From: Candidatus Rifleibacteriota bacterium
GTDB lineage: Bacteria > Muiribacteriota > Ozemobacteria > Ozemobacterales > Ozemobacteraceae
DNA length: 54,581 bases
Direction of reading: 5' to 3'
NCBI GenBank assembly: GCA_051747585.1
Contig: JBNJGH010000007.1
Coordinates: forward strand, 1 to 54,581
A model generated the notes under the pieces. It searched no databases. It was not told the origin of the DNA and saw only the letters and a program-made list of their open reading frames with translations. A program made the translations under genes and the position numbers. This document shows, piece by piece, positions 52,800 to 54,581 of the stretch (position 1 is its first letter; every line of letters starts with the position of its first letter).

Positions 52800-54581
52800 T
52801 TATTTTTGAATAAGGTTAACAAGCTTGCTGAACTCTTCTGGGTCAAGCTTGAGACTTTGCGCCTGTTTAAAGATATTGTATTTAACCTCGAGGGCAGCAA
52901 TTTTTTCCTGAATTTTATCGTCTTGCTTGAGGTTGTGGGCTTTTTTGAGCAATTCGAGGGCCTCTTCAAACTTTGATTCAGCTCCGTAAATTTCGCCAAG
53001 TTTCACCAGAAGCGGTACAAAGTTGGAATCAAGCTCAAGACCAGACTGGAGATATTCTTTGGCCTTATCCAGATCGCCTTTTTCCATCATGCGCTCGGCA
53101 AACCTGTGATATGTAGTAGGAGTCGGCTCGAATTCAGGCAGACTGTCAACGGGCAAACCGTTAGGCGCAACCATTTTAGCGCCGCACATGTGACAAAAGC
53201 GGCTATCGGGGTTGCTCTGCATAGCCTTGCATTCCTGGCAGTTAAACAGGTTCTGAACAACCCAGACTTGTGGTTTTTTAATAATTTTATCGCCTTTTGC
53301 ATAGCCTTTTTCGACTTCAAAAACGATACATTTTTCCGGAAAACTATTGGAGCGGAAATAATCAGTTGCAACATGTCTCTCGGGATCAAATTCTTCAGAA
53401 ATCACGGGAACATAACTGATCTGATTGGGAATAATCAATCTGTCAAGCAACTTCTTATGCAATGCCTGAAGTTCAGGGATTGGATTTTTTGAAAGTAGAG
53501 AATCAAGTCCATCAAAAAAATCTATAAAACTGCCAATAACTTTACTGTCGTCGGCAACAGGAATAGGAGCTTCACCAGCCGGAGCTTTGGCAAGCTTGCC
53601 TTTGAGAATTTCAATCTCATTATTTTTAGCTTCAATTTGCTCTTTGGCTTTTTCAAGCATGCTCTCAAAGTTCTGAATAGCCAGAAGCTGATCAGCGACC
53701 TGTCGAGTTAGCTGTTCAACTTCTTCACGGACTTCAGGATCAGCCATGCTTTCGTCTTCTCGTGCTTCGAGTGATACTCTGAGCCTCGAAAGTTCTTCAT
53801 CTTTTTTCTCAAGATTTTCTTTAAGCTTTGCAAGTTCCAGCTTGAGCGACTGCTCTTCTCCTGACTCTTCCCGGGATTTTAATTTTTCAAGTTCTGCTGC
53901 CAGTTGTTCGCGTTCGGATTCGACAGCAGTCAATCTCATGGCAGTTTCAGCAACATCTTCTGCATCTTTTTCGAGCCTGGCAACCTTATCTTTGAGTTCA
54001 GTCAACTCGCCATTTTCTTCTCTGAGTCGATTAAGTTCTTCTTCGACTTTAGGAGGAAGTGAAGCATTGTTCTGAACTTCCTCTAATCTAGACTTAAGCA
54101 GATCAATTTCAGCCTGGGCTTCTTTCAGTTTTTCTTCACTTTCGCCAGAGTCGGCGGGCACCTCACCGGAAGCCTGGGCAGCAAGGGCCTCATCTTTTTC
54201 GGCCAACAGATTTCTCAGAGTCTCAATATCCTGTTCAAGCTCCTGAATCCTGTTTTTATCATCTTCACCTTTAGACTCTTCGCCGCCAGATTTAAGCTGC
54301 TCTATCTGCTGATCCTTTTCCTGTAACTGAGTATTTAATTGCTGAGCAGCAGCCTCATATTGTTGCAACTCATTCTTAGCAGCTTCAAGTGAAATTCTAA
54401 GCTCCTGAATTTTCTGAGTTTCATCCTGATCTGCAACAAGACCCTTCTGAACCTGTTCAAGTTCTTGTTGAAGCTGTTTAATTTGCTCATCTCTGGCAGC
54501 CAGTTCGGCGACAGCTTCTTCATTGCTTTGCTCGGGAGCAGCCTGTTGAGTCTGAGCCTGTTCGAGCTGTTGCTGAAGCTG
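52800..54581 (-). CDS. Partial (5'-truncated) coiled-coil protein with GrpE-like domain, zinc ribbon and TPR
   Basis: The frame of ORF 52800..54368 stays open to the window edge (QLQQLEQAQTQQAAPEQSNEE...). Contains EEFDPERHVA..IVFEVEKGY..GDKIIKKPQVWV (GrpE-like head), CQEC..FCHMCG and TPR helices. Confidence 0.85.
   Translation of the reverse strand, partial: QLQQQLEQAQTQQAAPEQSNEEAVAELAARDEQIKQLQQELEQVQKGLVADQDETQKIQELRISLEAAKNELQQYEAAAQQLNTQLQEKDQQIEQLKSGGEESKGEDDKNRIQELEQDIETLRNLLAEKDEALAAQASGEVPADSGESEEKLKEAQAEIDLLKSRLEEVQNNASLPPKVEEELNRLREENGELTELKDKVARLEKDAEDVAETAMRLTAVESEREQLAAELEKLKSREESGEEQSLKLELAKLKENLEKKDEELSRLRVSLEAREDESMADPEVREEVEQLTRQVADQLLAIQNFESMLEKAKEQIEAKNNEIEILKGKLAKAPAGEAPIPVADDSKVIGSFIDFFDGLDSLLSKNPIPELQALHKKLLDRLIIPNQISYVPVISEEFDPERHVATDYFRSNSFPEKCIVFEVEKGYAKGDKIIKKPQVWVVQNLFNCQECKAMQSNPDSRFCHMCGAKMVAPNGLPVDSLPEFEPTPTTYHRFAERMMEKGDLDKAKEYLQSGLELDSNFVPLLVKLGEIYGAESKFEEALELLKKAHNLKQDDKIQEKIAALEVKYNIFKQAQSLKLDPEEFSKLVNLIQK

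Overview
A gene-dense, moderately AT-rich bacterial chromosomal window with no rRNA, tRNA, CRISPR array, transposase or phage genes that I can recognise. The gene content (superoxide reductase, CoA-activase, FeoAB, many exported and TPR proteins, pilin-like proteins, very large membrane class III cyclases) suggests an anaerobic diderm. It reminds me of Ca. Riflebacteria, but that is an unverified impression. In order, the window holds: (1) two translationally coupled paralogous membrane proteins, one a complete class III cyclase with its first catalytic Asp replaced by His and one truncated by the window edge; (2) a mosaic of REP-like palindromes; (3) a feoA-feoB-dtxR operon with a near-consensus sigma70 promoter and tandem TTAG-N6-CTAA operators; (4) an unannotated 46-aa ORF behind a perfect sigma28-type promoter; (5) a large 2-hydroxyacyl-CoA dehydratase activator fusion; (6) envelope genes (PQQ-type propeller, TPR, tandem STN-like, STI1-like) and desulfoferrodoxin; (7) an 8-gene MoxR AAA+/DUF58/BatA-VWA/VWA/ABC operon; (8) a glycine-zipper/RHH-like/fxsA operon; (9) an operon joining an orphan TAXI receptor to three pilin-like genes and a TPR lipoprotein; (10) a large exported protein with hydrophobic Gly/Ala helices; (11) a GAF-cyclase-zinc-ribbon protein, a TPR membrane protein and an unannotated DUF3006-like gene; (12) a valS-tyrS-thrS cluster preceded by a coiled-coil/GrpE-like/zinc-ribbon/TPR protein that runs off the right edge. 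All family assignments come from recognising motifs by eye. No searches were run.
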